This document shows, one piece after another, positions 28,108 to 37,042 of a DNA stretch of 46,344 nt. This DNA is from a virus. Taxonomy: Duplodnaviria; Caudoviricetes. Below the pieces are notes generated by a model. It was not told the DNA's origin and did not search any database. It saw only the letters and a list, made by a program, of their open reading frames with translations. The DNA is taken from positions 1 to 46,344 of the IMG/VR virus record IMGVR_UViG_3300005512_000066, one strand, 5' to 3'. Position 1 is the first letter of the stretch. Each line of letters begins with the position of its first letter. The position numbers and the translations under genes were made by a program.

Positions 28108-30500
28108 TATTTCACATCCAACTCTGGTGTCTTGGCGAGCCATGTAGTTCCAGCATCATAAGTAACAAACACTAGAATATCTAACCCCGCTGTAGTTAAC
28201 GTAGGTGCTGTACCTGCTGGCCAGTCTACTGAAGTGGGCCAGGTAATCGTCTGAGAACCACCGTTAGTTAAGAAGATAACAAGGTATCCTGCATCGCCTG
28301 TGGCTGGTGGGTTACTAAAAGTAATTGTTACGGTTGCGTCTGCTGTTGCTGTGTGTACATTAGCTGTAGTACAGTCAAAAGTTTCTGTTGCTCCCATGTT
28401 TCCATGTGCTTGCAGTTCTTCTGCTGTGTCTTTTAAGATAGCCCTTGTTAATAGGTTGTCCTGCATGCCTAAACTACCTGTAATATTTAAATTACCTGTA
28501 ATAGTTTGGTTGGCTTCGGTTAAAGCGACTTTCTCATTGTCTAACTCAACTATAGCAGCCTGTACATCTGTAGCTACTATATCACCAGCAGCAGTAAATC
28601 TTACATCACTAGCATCTTGTTTAGGGTATGAAGCATTAACTTGTAGGATACCTTCAGTTAAATGCTGCTTAATAACAAAAGCTATTGGCTGTTGGAATCC
28701 AGTTGTTGGTTCCGTTGCAGTTAAAGCACCACCTGTTGAAACATACAAAATAGTACCTTCAGTCCAAGCATTTGTGTCAACATCCGTTACAACACCGTTG
28801 ACAATAATAGTGCCTTCTGCTCCAGCAAGAATACCACCGTTATCAACTAACCCTATAGATACGCCAGTTGTGTTATCAGCTAAGACAACTTCTGTTCTTG
28901 AATTAACTATATCATAATCACTAAATGCAACAGCAGTACCTGCTGGCATTGTTGAAGCAGTAACATTTTCTACTTTCTTGTGGACAGCATTAGCGTGAAC
29001 TAAATTAGTTAAATCATCAATAGTTTTATTAGTTAAAGTAGCTGTTGCAGTGTTAGTTATATTATCCAGATTAACAGGGTTTGTAACAGTAATATTGTCT
29101 ATCTTTGTTCCTTCAGCAGCAGTTAAATGGTAGTACTCATTGGCTCCACCCCCTTGTAATCCTGCTAAAGAATTATGGTCAGCTGGTGAAGTGCTTGAAG
29201 AAATTAAATCTCTAGAAGAAGCAAGCCTCCAATCTACATAATCATTTCCATTTTCTGTACTAACAATCGCAGATTTAACCGTATTGACATAGGTGTTACT
29301 AGTTTGAAGGATTATAGTAGCAACAAAAACCCATTCTGTTGAGGGTATGCCTGTTGTGTTTAAATCCGCTAATTCAGTTGTAGCTCCTGTTCTAGCTACA
29401 TTTAATGTTGAATATGCGTTTTCACCCATAATGACAACAAAATCAGCTGGGCCTCCATCGTTACCTAAAGCAGCAACATGGGCTAATACAAAATCATTAT
29501 TAGATACTTCTGTTAATTGCCATGTTGTCCCAGTCCATTGGTTATAAGCAGCACGACCTGTTCCAGTTGTAAGAACTGGGAAACTAGATGCAGCTCCCTG
29601 CCTCCAATTACCAGCAGCACCATCCTTATAAATTACATGAAAAGTATCTGTTAAATTAGTTTTAGCTGCTATAGTGTGAGGGATATCTTCATCATATATT
29701 GTACCTGTAGTCATAGTGAACTGAGCATGGCTATCTAAGCTACCATTACCATCTGCTGTTATACCACCAATAGTTAACCCATCAATATATTGTGTTTGCA
29801 TTACATTATGTAAATAACTATGTACAGATGGAGGCATAGCTGAACTATGAGTCTCATTCGTTACCCCTCCAGTAATAGCCTCTTTATTAGTAGCATCCCA
29901 ATAGACATAAGCTATAAAACACCATGTATTGATAATATCAGGGTTAAAGCTAGTAATTTCTTGAATAACCCCATTGGAATCAAAATAGATATAATGACTG
30001 CCTTCAACATCTGAAATAGCTATAGACTCAGCTGATGTATAGACGTACAAATTACCATTTGACCAGGCTTGAAAAGATGCTCCTACAGGCGTTAAAGATA
30101 ATGTCCTAGTAACATCTGACCACCCAATAGTAAACTCTGTTCTATCAGGGAACCCATTAGGCTCTCCATCGAACTTAGGTAACTTGCCATTTATCATACT
30201 CGCTGTAGCTGTTGCGTAAACTGTAGCGTTGCCAGATAAAGTTATAGCTGTAGGGGAAGTATCGTCATATACTCCTGATACCAGTGTTGCTTGAATAGTC
30301 GTTCTTGCTAACGTATTTCCAGCGGAGACAGTACCAATACCTGTTTCTCTATTGTCACCGTCTTGAATAGTGTAATAAACAATATCCCCAACAGTGAAGA
30401 CATCGGAGAAGCGACTAAACCCTGTTTTTTGAGTAAGCGTTACCGTACCTGTACCGGCAGTTGCTGTATCCTCTTTAACCCAATCACCTGCTTTATACAT
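28107..30500 (-). CDS. Tail/head fibre protein
   Basis: DWVKE.T.T.GTGT.TL N-terminal anchor, TLTNKTI and ATDVQAAI fibre motifs, C-terminal WP.GTAPTLT..G.DIL.F.T.D.GTTW. Confidence 0.75.
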   Translation of the reverse strand: MYKAGDWVKEDTATAGTGTVTLTQKTGFSRFSDVFTVGDIVYYTIQDGDNRETGIGTVSAGNTLARTTIQATLVSGVYDDTSPTAITLSGNATVYATATASMINGKLPKFDGEPNGFPDRTEFTIGWSDVTRTLSLTPVGASFQAWSNGNLYVYTSAESIAISDVEGSHYIYFDSNGVIQEITSFNPDIINTWCFIAYVYWDATNKEAITGGVTNETHSSAMPPSVHSYLHNVMQTQYIDGLTIGGITADGNGSLDSHAQFTMTTGTIYDEDIPHTIAAKTNLTDTFHVIYKDGAAGNWRQGAASSFPVLTTGTGRAAYNQWTGTTWQLTEVSNNDFVLAHVAALGNDGGPADFVVIMGENAYSTLNVARTGATTELADLNTTGIPSTEWVFVATIILQTSNTYVNTVKSAIVSTENGNDYVDWRLASSRDLISSSTSPADHNSLAGLQGGGANEYYHLTAAEGTKIDNITVTNPVNLDNITNTATATLTNKTIDDLTNLVHANAVHKKVENVTASTMPAGTAVAFSDYDIVNSRTEVVLADNTTGVSIGLVDNGGILAGAEGTIIVNGVVTDVDTNAWTEGTILYVSTGGALTATEPTTGFQQPIAFVIKQHLTEGILQVNASYPKQDASDVRFTAAGDIVATDVQAAIVELDNEKVALTEANQTITGNLNITGSLGMQDNLLTRAILKDTAEELQAHGNMGATETFDCTTANVHTATADATVTITFSNPPATGDAGYLVIFLTNGGSQTITWPTSVDWPAGTAPTLTTAGLDILVFVTYDAGTTWLAKTPELDVK

Positions 30501-30510
30501 GCATCACCTA

Positions 30511-30960
30511 TTATGCTAAAGTAAAAATACCTGTCCCAGCCCATGTAATAGAAATATCACCAGTTTGTAGACTGATAGCAGTTGTACCATCTCCACCAGC
30601 TGTTAAGTCAACAAATGCTAATGCTGTATCTGAAGCATCAGTATCATCATAGATAATACCGTAGCGTATATCAGTTGGGCCTGATGCATCTTGAACCCAT
30701 GACGGATTTACAGAGCTATCAAAAGTTACTGTTCCAGCAGATTCAACCCAAGTACAGGTTAAGGTTTCCCCACCTGCTGTATAGCTGGTGCCACCAGTAA
30801 CTTGCGTAAACCCAGTAGCTAAAGCTAAATCTGCCTGAGTAGCTAATAGGCTTGAGTTACTAACTAAAGCAATTTTAAAAACATGTGTGTCTAAATCAAA
30901 TGTACCATCAGCTAAATACTCCTTAGCTGAGTTAAATACAGTTACGTCACCTTGTGCCAT
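30511..30960 (-). CDS. Virion structural protein
   Basis: DLDTHVFKIALV...YTAGG.TL...GIFTL family, strong RBS. Confidence 0.75.
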   Translation of the reverse strand: MAQGDVTVFNSAKEYLADGTFDLDTHVFKIALVSNSSLLATQADLALATGFTQVTGGTSYTAGGETLTCTWVESAGTVTFDSSVNPSWVQDASGPTDIRYGIIYDDTDASDTALAFVDLTAGGDGTTAISLQTGDISITWAGTGIFTLA

Positions 30961-30984
30961 TTTTATTTCTCCTTAAAAATTATA

Positions 30985-31773
30985 CTACATAACATCTACA
31001 TTTCTATCTTTAGCAGTAACCGCAACATTACGATACGCTAAAATCGTTGGTGTATTGTTACCTCCTTGAATAACTGCTTGCTGCTCAGCAATAAATAATT
31101 GCCTGGTAGCTGCGTTAATACTTAGACTTATAACCACAGACGATGTGTTAGCAGTTAAAGTAATACTAGTCGGTACTGTTGTTATACCTTGTATTAGGCT
31201 TACATCTGTGTTTTGCCCATTAACGCTGAGGTTACTTGTAGTAGCATTGATATTAGTGTTTGTTATAATTTCAGCACTAAACTCTACAATGCTCAATGAA
31301 CCTGTAGAACCAATTATATGTTTATTAACTCTAACAGTAGAATTTTGTCCAGCGATACTCAGGTTAGATGTATTGGTAATAATTACCCCATTTGTTTCAA
31401 CAAAGGCTTGTTGACCACTTAGTAATAGAGTACCCGTTGTTGCTGCTACATGAACATTTCTCTTTACTACTGCACTCTGTTCTGTAATAACTAAACTAGT
31501 AGTTGCAGTTGATACCCCTTGAAGTACAACAACTGATGCTTGACTACCTGTTACGTTTAAACTCCCTGTGTTTGCAGCTATAGCAACATCAATACTCACA
31601 GCTGCTGATTGTTCAACAAGAACTAAATTTGCTGTACTACTACCTATAACTGATGGGTTTGCAATAGCAGCTTGCTGTTCAGTTATAACTAAGTTATTAG
31701 TTGCTGTAATAATATTAACTGGAACATTATTTATTACATTTAGGGCATCACTGTTTAATGCATCAATATTCAT
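30985..31773 (-). CDS. Virion structural protein with about 21-aa beta repeats
   Basis: Repeating T..L.I.(E/G)Q.A.V units. Confidence 0.65.
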   Translation of the reverse strand: MNIDALNSDALNVINNVPVNIITATNNLVITEQQAAIANPSVIGSSTANLVLVEQSAAVSIDVAIAANTGSLNVTGSQASVVVLQGVSTATTSLVITEQSAVVKRNVHVAATTGTLLLSGQQAFVETNGVIITNTSNLSIAGQNSTVRVNKHIIGSTGSLSIVEFSAEIITNTNINATTSNLSVNGQNTDVSLIQGITTVPTSITLTANTSSVVISLSINAATRQLFIAEQQAVIQGGNNTPTILAYRNVAVTAKDRNVDVM

Positions 31774-31774
31774 T

Positions 31775-32119
31775 TTATTTCTCGCTACAGGTTAAAACTG
31801 CGGTTTTATCCTCAATAATCCCATTAGCGGTTGTTATCCTACATGTAATGTTATATTTCAATCCAGCTGTTCCACCGCTTAACCAAACATAAACAATAGA
31901 GTTAGGTACATCAACACTTATCGTACCTACGACTATTGGTGAAGTATCTTCACTAGCATCAAAATCATCTGTAACACTGACAATAACTTCTCTATTAGCT
32001 ACGTTATCAACTAAAGATGTACCCTCTGCGGCTATCCAATCTGCCCAATTAAATGAATAGGGCAGGTTACTATCAGGGTCTTTACAATCAGGGAAACTAG
32101 CAATTCGTGGGCATCCCAT
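31775..32119 (-). CDS. Fibre-tail adaptor-like protein
   Basis: KDPD..L.YSFNWADW...VWLSGGTAG.KY.ITCRITT.NG. Confidence 0.75.
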   Translation of the reverse strand: MGCPRIASFPDCKDPDSNLPYSFNWADWIAAEGTSLVDNVANREVIVSVTDDFDASEDTSPIVVGTISVDVPNSIVYVWLSGGTAGLKYNITCRITTANGIIEDKTAVLTCSEK

Positions 32120-32286
32120 TATTTGAACCTCTCTCTAAATTTCTTTACTGCTTTATCAGCGTCTTTAGTAGCTTTTGAGTCACTACCATTTAACTTAAAT
32201 GATTCAGCGTACATACTAGCCCATAAAGACTCAGCTGTTTCATTGGCTTGTTCTTTATTTTCAGGTGTTTCTAAATTCATGAGCAT
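32119..32286 (-). CDS. Small hypothetical protein (55 aa, MLMNLETPENKEQ...)
   Basis: Read manually. GAGGT RBS, upstream TGcTATAAT, TAATG coupling to the next gene. Confidence 0.6.
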   Translation of the reverse strand: MLMNLETPENKEQANETAESLWASMYAESFKLNGSDSKATKDADKAVKKFRERFK

Positions 32287-32321
32287 ATAATTAACCTCTT
32301 GTCAATTATAGCATGAAATGA

Positions 32322-34481
32322 TTATCCTACAAATACATCAGTGCTATTTCTTATAATCGGCTCCAGAGAATAGCGTAATGCATCAATACAGTTTGAAACA
32401 ACCACCCCATTGGCAAGAGAAAAACACCCGTCACCGGGAACCGTCACGCAATAAGTTTCTTTTTCTTGCATTCCCTTTTGCTGAACATCCTTTACCGCAA
32501 TATATTTTTTTGGCGTATTTATTTGATTTAAATATTTCGCCACAGAACTCACATGTTTTTTTAATGTCATCGACTCCTGAATCCCTTCTCCATTTGGATT
32601 TACATTTGTTTGAGCAAAATACATTGGTTTTATCGACTTGGGCATAAAATGTTTCTCTGCATTGCTTGCAATTTCTGTATTCCCTGGCAAATAATTTGTC
32701 TTTGTGTTTTTGATAATGTTGCTTATGCCATTCGTGGCCATCATTTGATTTATGCCACTCTCTGCATTTGTCTTGATTCTTAGCAAGATTAATTCTTGCA
32801 GCGTCCGGATTGTTTGCATGATATAATTTTGTATGATATGCGATATGTTCGCCAGCTGTGAGTATAATAAGATTTTCAATCTCATTATTATCCGCATTAT
32901 GATCTCGGTGATGAATATGGAATCCTTCTGGTATTTCTCCGTGATGATATTCCCATACTTTTCTATGTATTCTGTCGCATCCGTAATTAGTCCCAAATGA
33001 GTAGTATTTTTCTCCTTCATGTTTTGTGTATATTCTTCCATTAAATTCCTGTTTTGTCCCTGAAATAACATTGATTTGCATAATAATTGCCCTTTTAAAT
33101 CCTTTGCTTGAACCCATTGACCATCTTTAGTCAGGAATTCATGGTCTTCGGTCACGCTTATTATTGTATCATCATCAAGTATTAAATCAAGTAACTTATC
33201 GCATCTAACTACCCCACCATTGTAGTAAAACTTATTGCTCCCGTCATAACCTCGTATAAATCCAGTTTTTGGTATCTCATCAAAACGCATTAATTTGTCA
33301 TTAACAATTACTTCAGTGTCCCCACTAAAACAATGATTGTTAGCATCTATAATTTGGGGAAGTATATCACCAGTTAGCCGGTCAACTTTATAAGAATATA
33401 ATCGAGTTTCTTTTATCGTTTCTTCGCACCTGGGATGGATAAATATTTTTTTATATGATCGCAAATGTGAAATACCGTCTTCAACACTGCCAGCCCACTT
33501 TTTAACTGGCCTGACATTTAACTTGCCTTTATTATTTAAATGGCTTATAGATTCTGGTCTTGCTGAATCTGCTCTGATAGTGTGATTGACTATATCTGGG
33601 ATTTTCTTAATAAAAAATTCTGTTGTATCATCTAATTCTAATCCAACTTTACCTGCATCATAATCAATATAAAGATTATCATTAAATACCCAACATCTGA
33701 CCACTGTTGTGGGGTCTTGAGAAAAACCGAAGTCCATTCCATAGTAGGGTCCATCCCAATGATCACTTGATTTAAATTCTTTTATTTCAACTTTACCATG
33801 TAGGACTTGAGCATTAGAGTTTTCTAAGTACGCTCCTTCCCAGATATGGCTATAAGTATTAGGATCTAATCTTTCCTGCTCTCTTTTTCGTAGTTTTTCT
33901 AACCCTGTAGGAAAAAATGGATTGTCGTACCAATTAACTTCGGCTATAGCTAAATCTTTTGGTGGTTTAATCCTGAATCGTTTATCAACTGGTGACTCTT
34001 TTGTTCTAGGGTTCCATATCACCCAGCATTCTGATTTAGGTTGTCTGAAAATAGTTGCTTCTAAATCTAACCATGCTTGCTCTGGTACATCTTCTGCTTC
34101 TTCAATAATAGTTAAATCAATATTTGCTAAAGACTTAACTGCTGATGTATTTCTATGTAGGCCTCTAAAAATAAATTCAGTGCCATTAGAACCTCTTAAA
34201 TAGTCAACTCCAACATTATAATGATCTTTGAGAAAATCATAAGAGTCAATTGCTGCTTTTAATTCAGCATGGAAAGATTCTTTGATTGAAGTCTGGAACT
34301 CTCTAACACATAAAATTCTGATAGGTTCAGCGTATCCATGAACAGCTGCCATTAAAGCGAAAGAGAAAGACTTTCCTGAGCCCCTACCACCGAAAGCAGC
34401 TCTGTATTGAACATCTCCCCTTGGTATTACTAAAATATCAGATATTTTAGCAGGGAAATCAATCTCGGTCTTTTCTTCCAT
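32322..34481 (-). CDS. terL: Terminase large subunit (PBSX family) containing an intein
   Basis: GGRGSGKS Walker A, IIEEAE Walker B, WNP, GMDFGFSQDP, ADSARPE and NH|CIDALRY. Confidence 0.95.
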   Translation of the reverse strand: MEEKTEIDFPAKISDILVIPRGDVQYRAAFGGRGSGKSFSFALMAAVHGYAEPIRILCVREFQTSIKESFHAELKAAIDSYDFLKDHYNVGVDYLRGSNGTEFIFRGLHRNTSAVKSLANIDLTIIEEAEDVPEQAWLDLEATIFRQPKSECWVIWNPRTKESPVDKRFRIKPPKDLAIAEVNWYDNPFFPTGLEKLRKREQERLDPNTYSHIWEGAYLENSNAQVLHGKVEIKEFKSSDHWDGPYYGMDFGFSQDPTTVVRCWVFNDNLYIDYDAGKVGLELDDTTEFFIKKIPDIVNHTIRADSARPESISHLNNKGKLNVRPVKKWAGSVEDGISHLRSYKKIFIHPRCEETIKETRLYSYKVDRLTGDILPQIIDANNHCFSGDTEVIVNDKLMRFDEIPKTGFIRGYDGSNKFYYNGGVVRCDKLLDLILDDDTIISVTEDHEFLTKDGQWVQAKDLKGQLLCKSMLFQGQNRNLMEEYTQNMKEKNTTHLGLITDATEYIEKYGNIITEKYQKDSIFITEIIMRIIMRLKILLYSQLANISHIIQNYIMQTIRTLQELILLRIKTNAESGINQMMATNGISNIIKNTKTNYLPGNTEIASNAEKHFMPKSIKPMYFAQTNVNPNGEGIQESMTLKKHVSSVAKYLNQINTPKKYIAVKDVQQKGMQEKETYCVTVPGDGCFSLANGVVVSNCIDALRYSLEPIIRNSTDVFVG
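32391..33332 (-). mobile_element. Intein (314 aa) in the TerL nuclease domain
   Basis: Block A CFSGDT, block B VTEDHEF, block F TYCVTVPGDGCF, block G NGVVVSN, +1 Cys. Removal restores DANNHCIDALRY. Confidence 0.92.
32431..33081 (-). CDS. HNH homing endonuclease nested in the -1 frame inside the intein
   Basis: IHRKVWEYHHGEIPEGFHIHHRDHNADNNEIENL (HNH_3 type) plus two CxxC...FCSxxC zinc fingers. AAAGGG lies upstream of the ATG at 33081. Confidence 0.88.
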   Translation of the reverse strand: MQINVISGTKQEFNGRIYTKHEGEKYYSFGTNYGCDRIHRKVWEYHHGEIPEGFHIHHRDHNADNNEIENLIILTAGEHIAYHTKLYHANNPDAARINLAKNQDKCREWHKSNDGHEWHKQHYQKHKDKLFAREYRNCKQCRETFYAQVDKTNVFCSNKCKSKWRRDSGVDDIKKTCEFCGEIFKSNKYAKKIYCGKGCSAKGNARKRNLLRDGSR

Positions 34482-34830
34482 CGACAGGATTTATTAATAT
34501 TTGTACAGGTTTTTTAACTTCGACTGATTGATCTATTTCCGTTTTATCTGTCTGATCAAGCCAGTTTTTACCAAGCCAAATAAGCATCGACACATTGCCA
34601 TCCATAGCAGTGGAATATTGCCTTCTTCTAAGGCTCATCTTGCCGCCAGCGCTCTTTTGCTTGATATACTCCCCAAATTTTATCTTATGATCACGTTTAC
34701 ACGCTCTTTCTAAAGTCTTGTAATCAACACCGAGAATGGCAGCAATTTCCTCTCCAGTACAATGTATCATGCACATATTATCAACCTGCTTCCAATCTGG
34801 GTTAAAAATTTTTGGCCCTCGTTTACCCAT
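34459..34830 (-). CDS. terS: Terminase small subunit
   Basis: HTH EEIAAILGVDYKTL, SLRRRQY..A..GN..MLIWLGKNWLDQ; overlaps TerL. Confidence 0.88.
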   Translation of the reverse strand: MGKRGPKIFNPDWKQVDNMCMIHCTGEEIAAILGVDYKTLERACKRDHKIKFGEYIKQKSAGGKMSLRRRQYSTAMDGNVSMLIWLGKNWLDQTDKTEIDQSVEVKKPVQILINPVDGRKDRD

Positions 34831-34903
34831 ATAACAATACCTGTAAAATTATTTATTACCATCATTTTAAAATATAGGCAACCTTTTATCAACTTAATTT
34901 AAT

Positions 34904-35713
34904 TCATACAAAATTAATAGCTTCGTTAATCACTATTTCTATTGCATCTGTATTAAAACTGGACATTAACTTGTGATGTTCAGTTTTAATTGCTTTACCA
35001 TAAGGATTAAATTCTGAATGAGTAGGATATTCAGTTAAATATTGTTTGATGCTATATGGATTAGCTTTACATATTGAAAATAACTTATCATAATACGCAT
35101 CTGATTTTTTATCATTATTAGTAAAGATAACAAATAATCTTCTATCCTTATCTGTGATAGGTGCAGAATCTTTATAATTAGTGGTTATCATATAACTAGC
35201 AGTATTGGGTATTAGTCGATAACCTAACCCTTTACGATTTAGTCCATACTCCTCATCTGTAACATAAGCTTTAATATTATTATAGATGTTATATCTACTC
35301 TCTCCAGCTATTTTTAATTCAGATAATACGTTAAATCGTGAACCATAAGCCCAATCATTAAAATCTGTCTTAACAACGGTATTACTGACAGATTTCATAT
35401 TATTTCCCCCAAGTATCTCTCTCATCATTACTTCAAAGAAGGATTTACCATTACCCTCATCCCCTTGTAGCAAGACCGCCCAGTTAACTCGTTTATCAGG
35501 TCTAGCAATAATAAAACCTAAAAAATTTAAAAATATATGTCTTTCTTTTTCATCTTGAATAATATATTCACAGTGCTGCTGAAATAATTTTATTGCCTCG
35601 TCATAGTCCTTGCCTTTGATAATATTTATTGTCATATCATCCCCCATTATTGAGTCTGGCATTACTGTCTTTAAAACAAATCTTTTTTCTTGGAGACTGC
35701 GGTTTACAGCCAA
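34904..35713 (-). CDS. DUF5906/SF3 helicase domain protein (stand-alone or truncated primase-helicase)
   Basis: WAVLLQGDEGNGKS Walker A, FNDW, ITTN and DRRLFV; start uncertain. Confidence 0.75.
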   Translation of the reverse strand: MAVNRSLQEKRFVLKTVMPDSIMGDDMTINIIKGKDYDEAIKLFQQHCEYIIQDEKERHIFLNFLGFIIARPDKRVNWAVLLQGDEGNGKSFFEVMMREILGGNNMKSVSNTVVKTDFNDWAYGSRFNVLSELKIAGESRYNIYNNIKAYVTDEEYGLNRKGLGYRLIPNTASYMITTNYKDSAPITDKDRRLFVIFTNNDKKSDAYYDKLFSICKANPYSIKQYLTEYPTHSEFNPYGKAIKTEHHKLMSSFNTDAIEIVINEAINFV

Positions 35714-35828
35714 TCTTGCCCATATGCTTTATCACGCTATCTGGTGGACAGGTGCAGCCTGGAACCATGTATTTATCCATGCAGTCTTTACCGCTGCAAA
35801 AAACATCCCCTGGCTTGGCGTAATACAT
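35637..35828 (-). CDS. Small Cys-rich protein
   Basis: TAATG coupling to the upstream ORF; 6 Cys. Confidence 0.45.
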   Translation of the reverse strand: MYYAKPGDVFCSGKDCMDKYMVPGCTCPPDSVIKHMGKIGCKPQSPRKKICFKDSNARLNNGG

Positions 35829-36016
35829 TAAATATTATTCCTGTGAATATAGTTGTTGTCCAGTATCAGCGTGTTTTTCTCAAGGTAATCCATTCTGGCT
35901 TTTACCGCTTCCGCTAAAGTTTCAAATTTACCTATTGTGATTCGCTTGAGTCCGGTGTTTAACACCTTGCCCATTCCTTTTTTATGCTGTATCTCATCGA
36001 CTATTGCTGTATACAT
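35828..36016 (-). CDS. Small AP2-like domain protein or fragment
   Basis: GGAGG RBS; RITIGKFETLAEAVKAR. Confidence 0.6.
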   Translation of the reverse strand: MYTAIVDEIQHKKGMGKVLNTGLKRITIGKFETLAEAVKARMDYLEKNTLILDNNYIHRNNI

Positions 36017-36027
36017 CTTTCCTCCAA

Positions 36028-36357
36028 TTATTCTTTTGTGAACTTCCCATTAATCATAGTGCCTTTGCGGGTCTTTATTTTGTCGTAAGCAACTGTCAAG
36101 CATTCATTGACAGTTAAACTTTTGTCAAATAAATAAATAGCATTAATGACAGTTACCAATATATCCCCCAATTCGGAACAGACATCACTGCGGCCTGACA
36201 TGCCTTTCTTTTGGATTTCTATTTCAACAATGGCCTCTACAACCTCCTCAGCGGTCAGCTTTAATTGTTTAACGGCGGTGGACTTTTCAGGGATGCCTTT
36301 ATCATCGGCCCATTTTCTAATCAGTATTTCTAAATCTTCTACTTTATTGTTTCCCAT
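36028..36357 (-). CDS. MazG-like NTP pyrophosphohydrolase
   Basis: IRKWADDKG...QLKLTAEEVVE...ELGDILVT...ECL..AYDKIKTRKG.MING.F.KE. Confidence 0.85.
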   Translation of the reverse strand: MGNNKVEDLEILIRKWADDKGIPEKSTAVKQLKLTAEEVVEAIVEIEIQKKGMSGRSDVCSELGDILVTVINAIYLFDKSLTVNECLTVAYDKIKTRKGTMINGKFTKE

Positions 36358-36520
36358 TAAATTCTCTCTCAATATCTTTTATAAACTTACTGGTATGGAC
36401 TTGTGGTAGTTCTTTTTTAAACTCGTCCCACATGGCCATAGCTTTTTCTTTGCCGTATTTTTTTATATCCGCTTTTATCTTTGCCTTATAAACCCTGGCA
36501 TAGCTTCTAGCCAGGTTCAT
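36344..36520 (-). CDS. Small hypothetical protein (58 aa)
   Basis: Read manually (MNLARSYARVYKAK...); fills an operon gap with overlaps. Confidence 0.5.
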   Translation of the reverse strand: MNLARSYARVYKAKIKADIKKYGKEKAMAMWDEFKKELPQVHTSKFIKDIEREFNGKQ

Positions 36521-36653
36521 CAGGCCGCAATACTTCCTTAATAAAAATCTTTACCTTTTCCCATTCGGCATTTGTCAGCCAGAATATCTTTTGACTCCGC
36601 CCAATTTTTTTCTGATTTTCTGCGAATTTTCGTTGTCTTTCATTATTTGTCAT
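36507..36653 (-). CDS. Small basic protein (MTNNERQRKF...FWLTNAEW)
   Basis: Read manually; GAGGT RBS. Confidence 0.55.
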   Translation of the reverse strand: MTNNERQRKFAENQKKIGRSQKIFWLTNAEWEKVKIFIKEVLRPDEPG

Positions 36654-36697
36654 AACAACCTCTCAAATAAGATTAACAATAACATATTATTATAAAT

Positions 36698-37042
36698 TTA
36701 CAAGGTAATCCATCGGATAATTTTATTGTTGCTAGGATGGAGTGATTCAGAAATCGTTAAATTTAATGCCTTGGCTCCATTTAATATTTCTTCTTCGGTT
36801 GCATTCAATCCTCGCATTTTATTTTTTACTACCCCGATTGATGTCTTTTTGCCGCTAGAAAGGCTTGCCATTTTATCTATGATTATTTTATTCCTATCTG
36901 GATCGATTTGATAATCTACATTATCAATGCAAGAATTAAAATACTCATTCATTGTTTTTTTATTCTCATACAAATATTTATAAAGCTTTATCGCTTTATC
37001 TTTCTGTAGTTCTATTGTTACTTTTTCCATTTCGTATTCCAC
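36698..37042 (-). CDS. RHH-like protein with primase-type C-terminal winged helix
   Basis: EKVTIELQKD...TMNEYF; SIGVVKNKMR...HPSNNK. Confidence 0.6.
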   Translation of the reverse strand: MEYEMEKVTIELQKDKAIKLYKYLYENKKTMNEYFNSCIDNVDYQIDPDRNKIIIDKMASLSSGKKTSIGVVKNKMRGLNATEEEILNGAKALNLTISESLHPSNNKIIRWITL

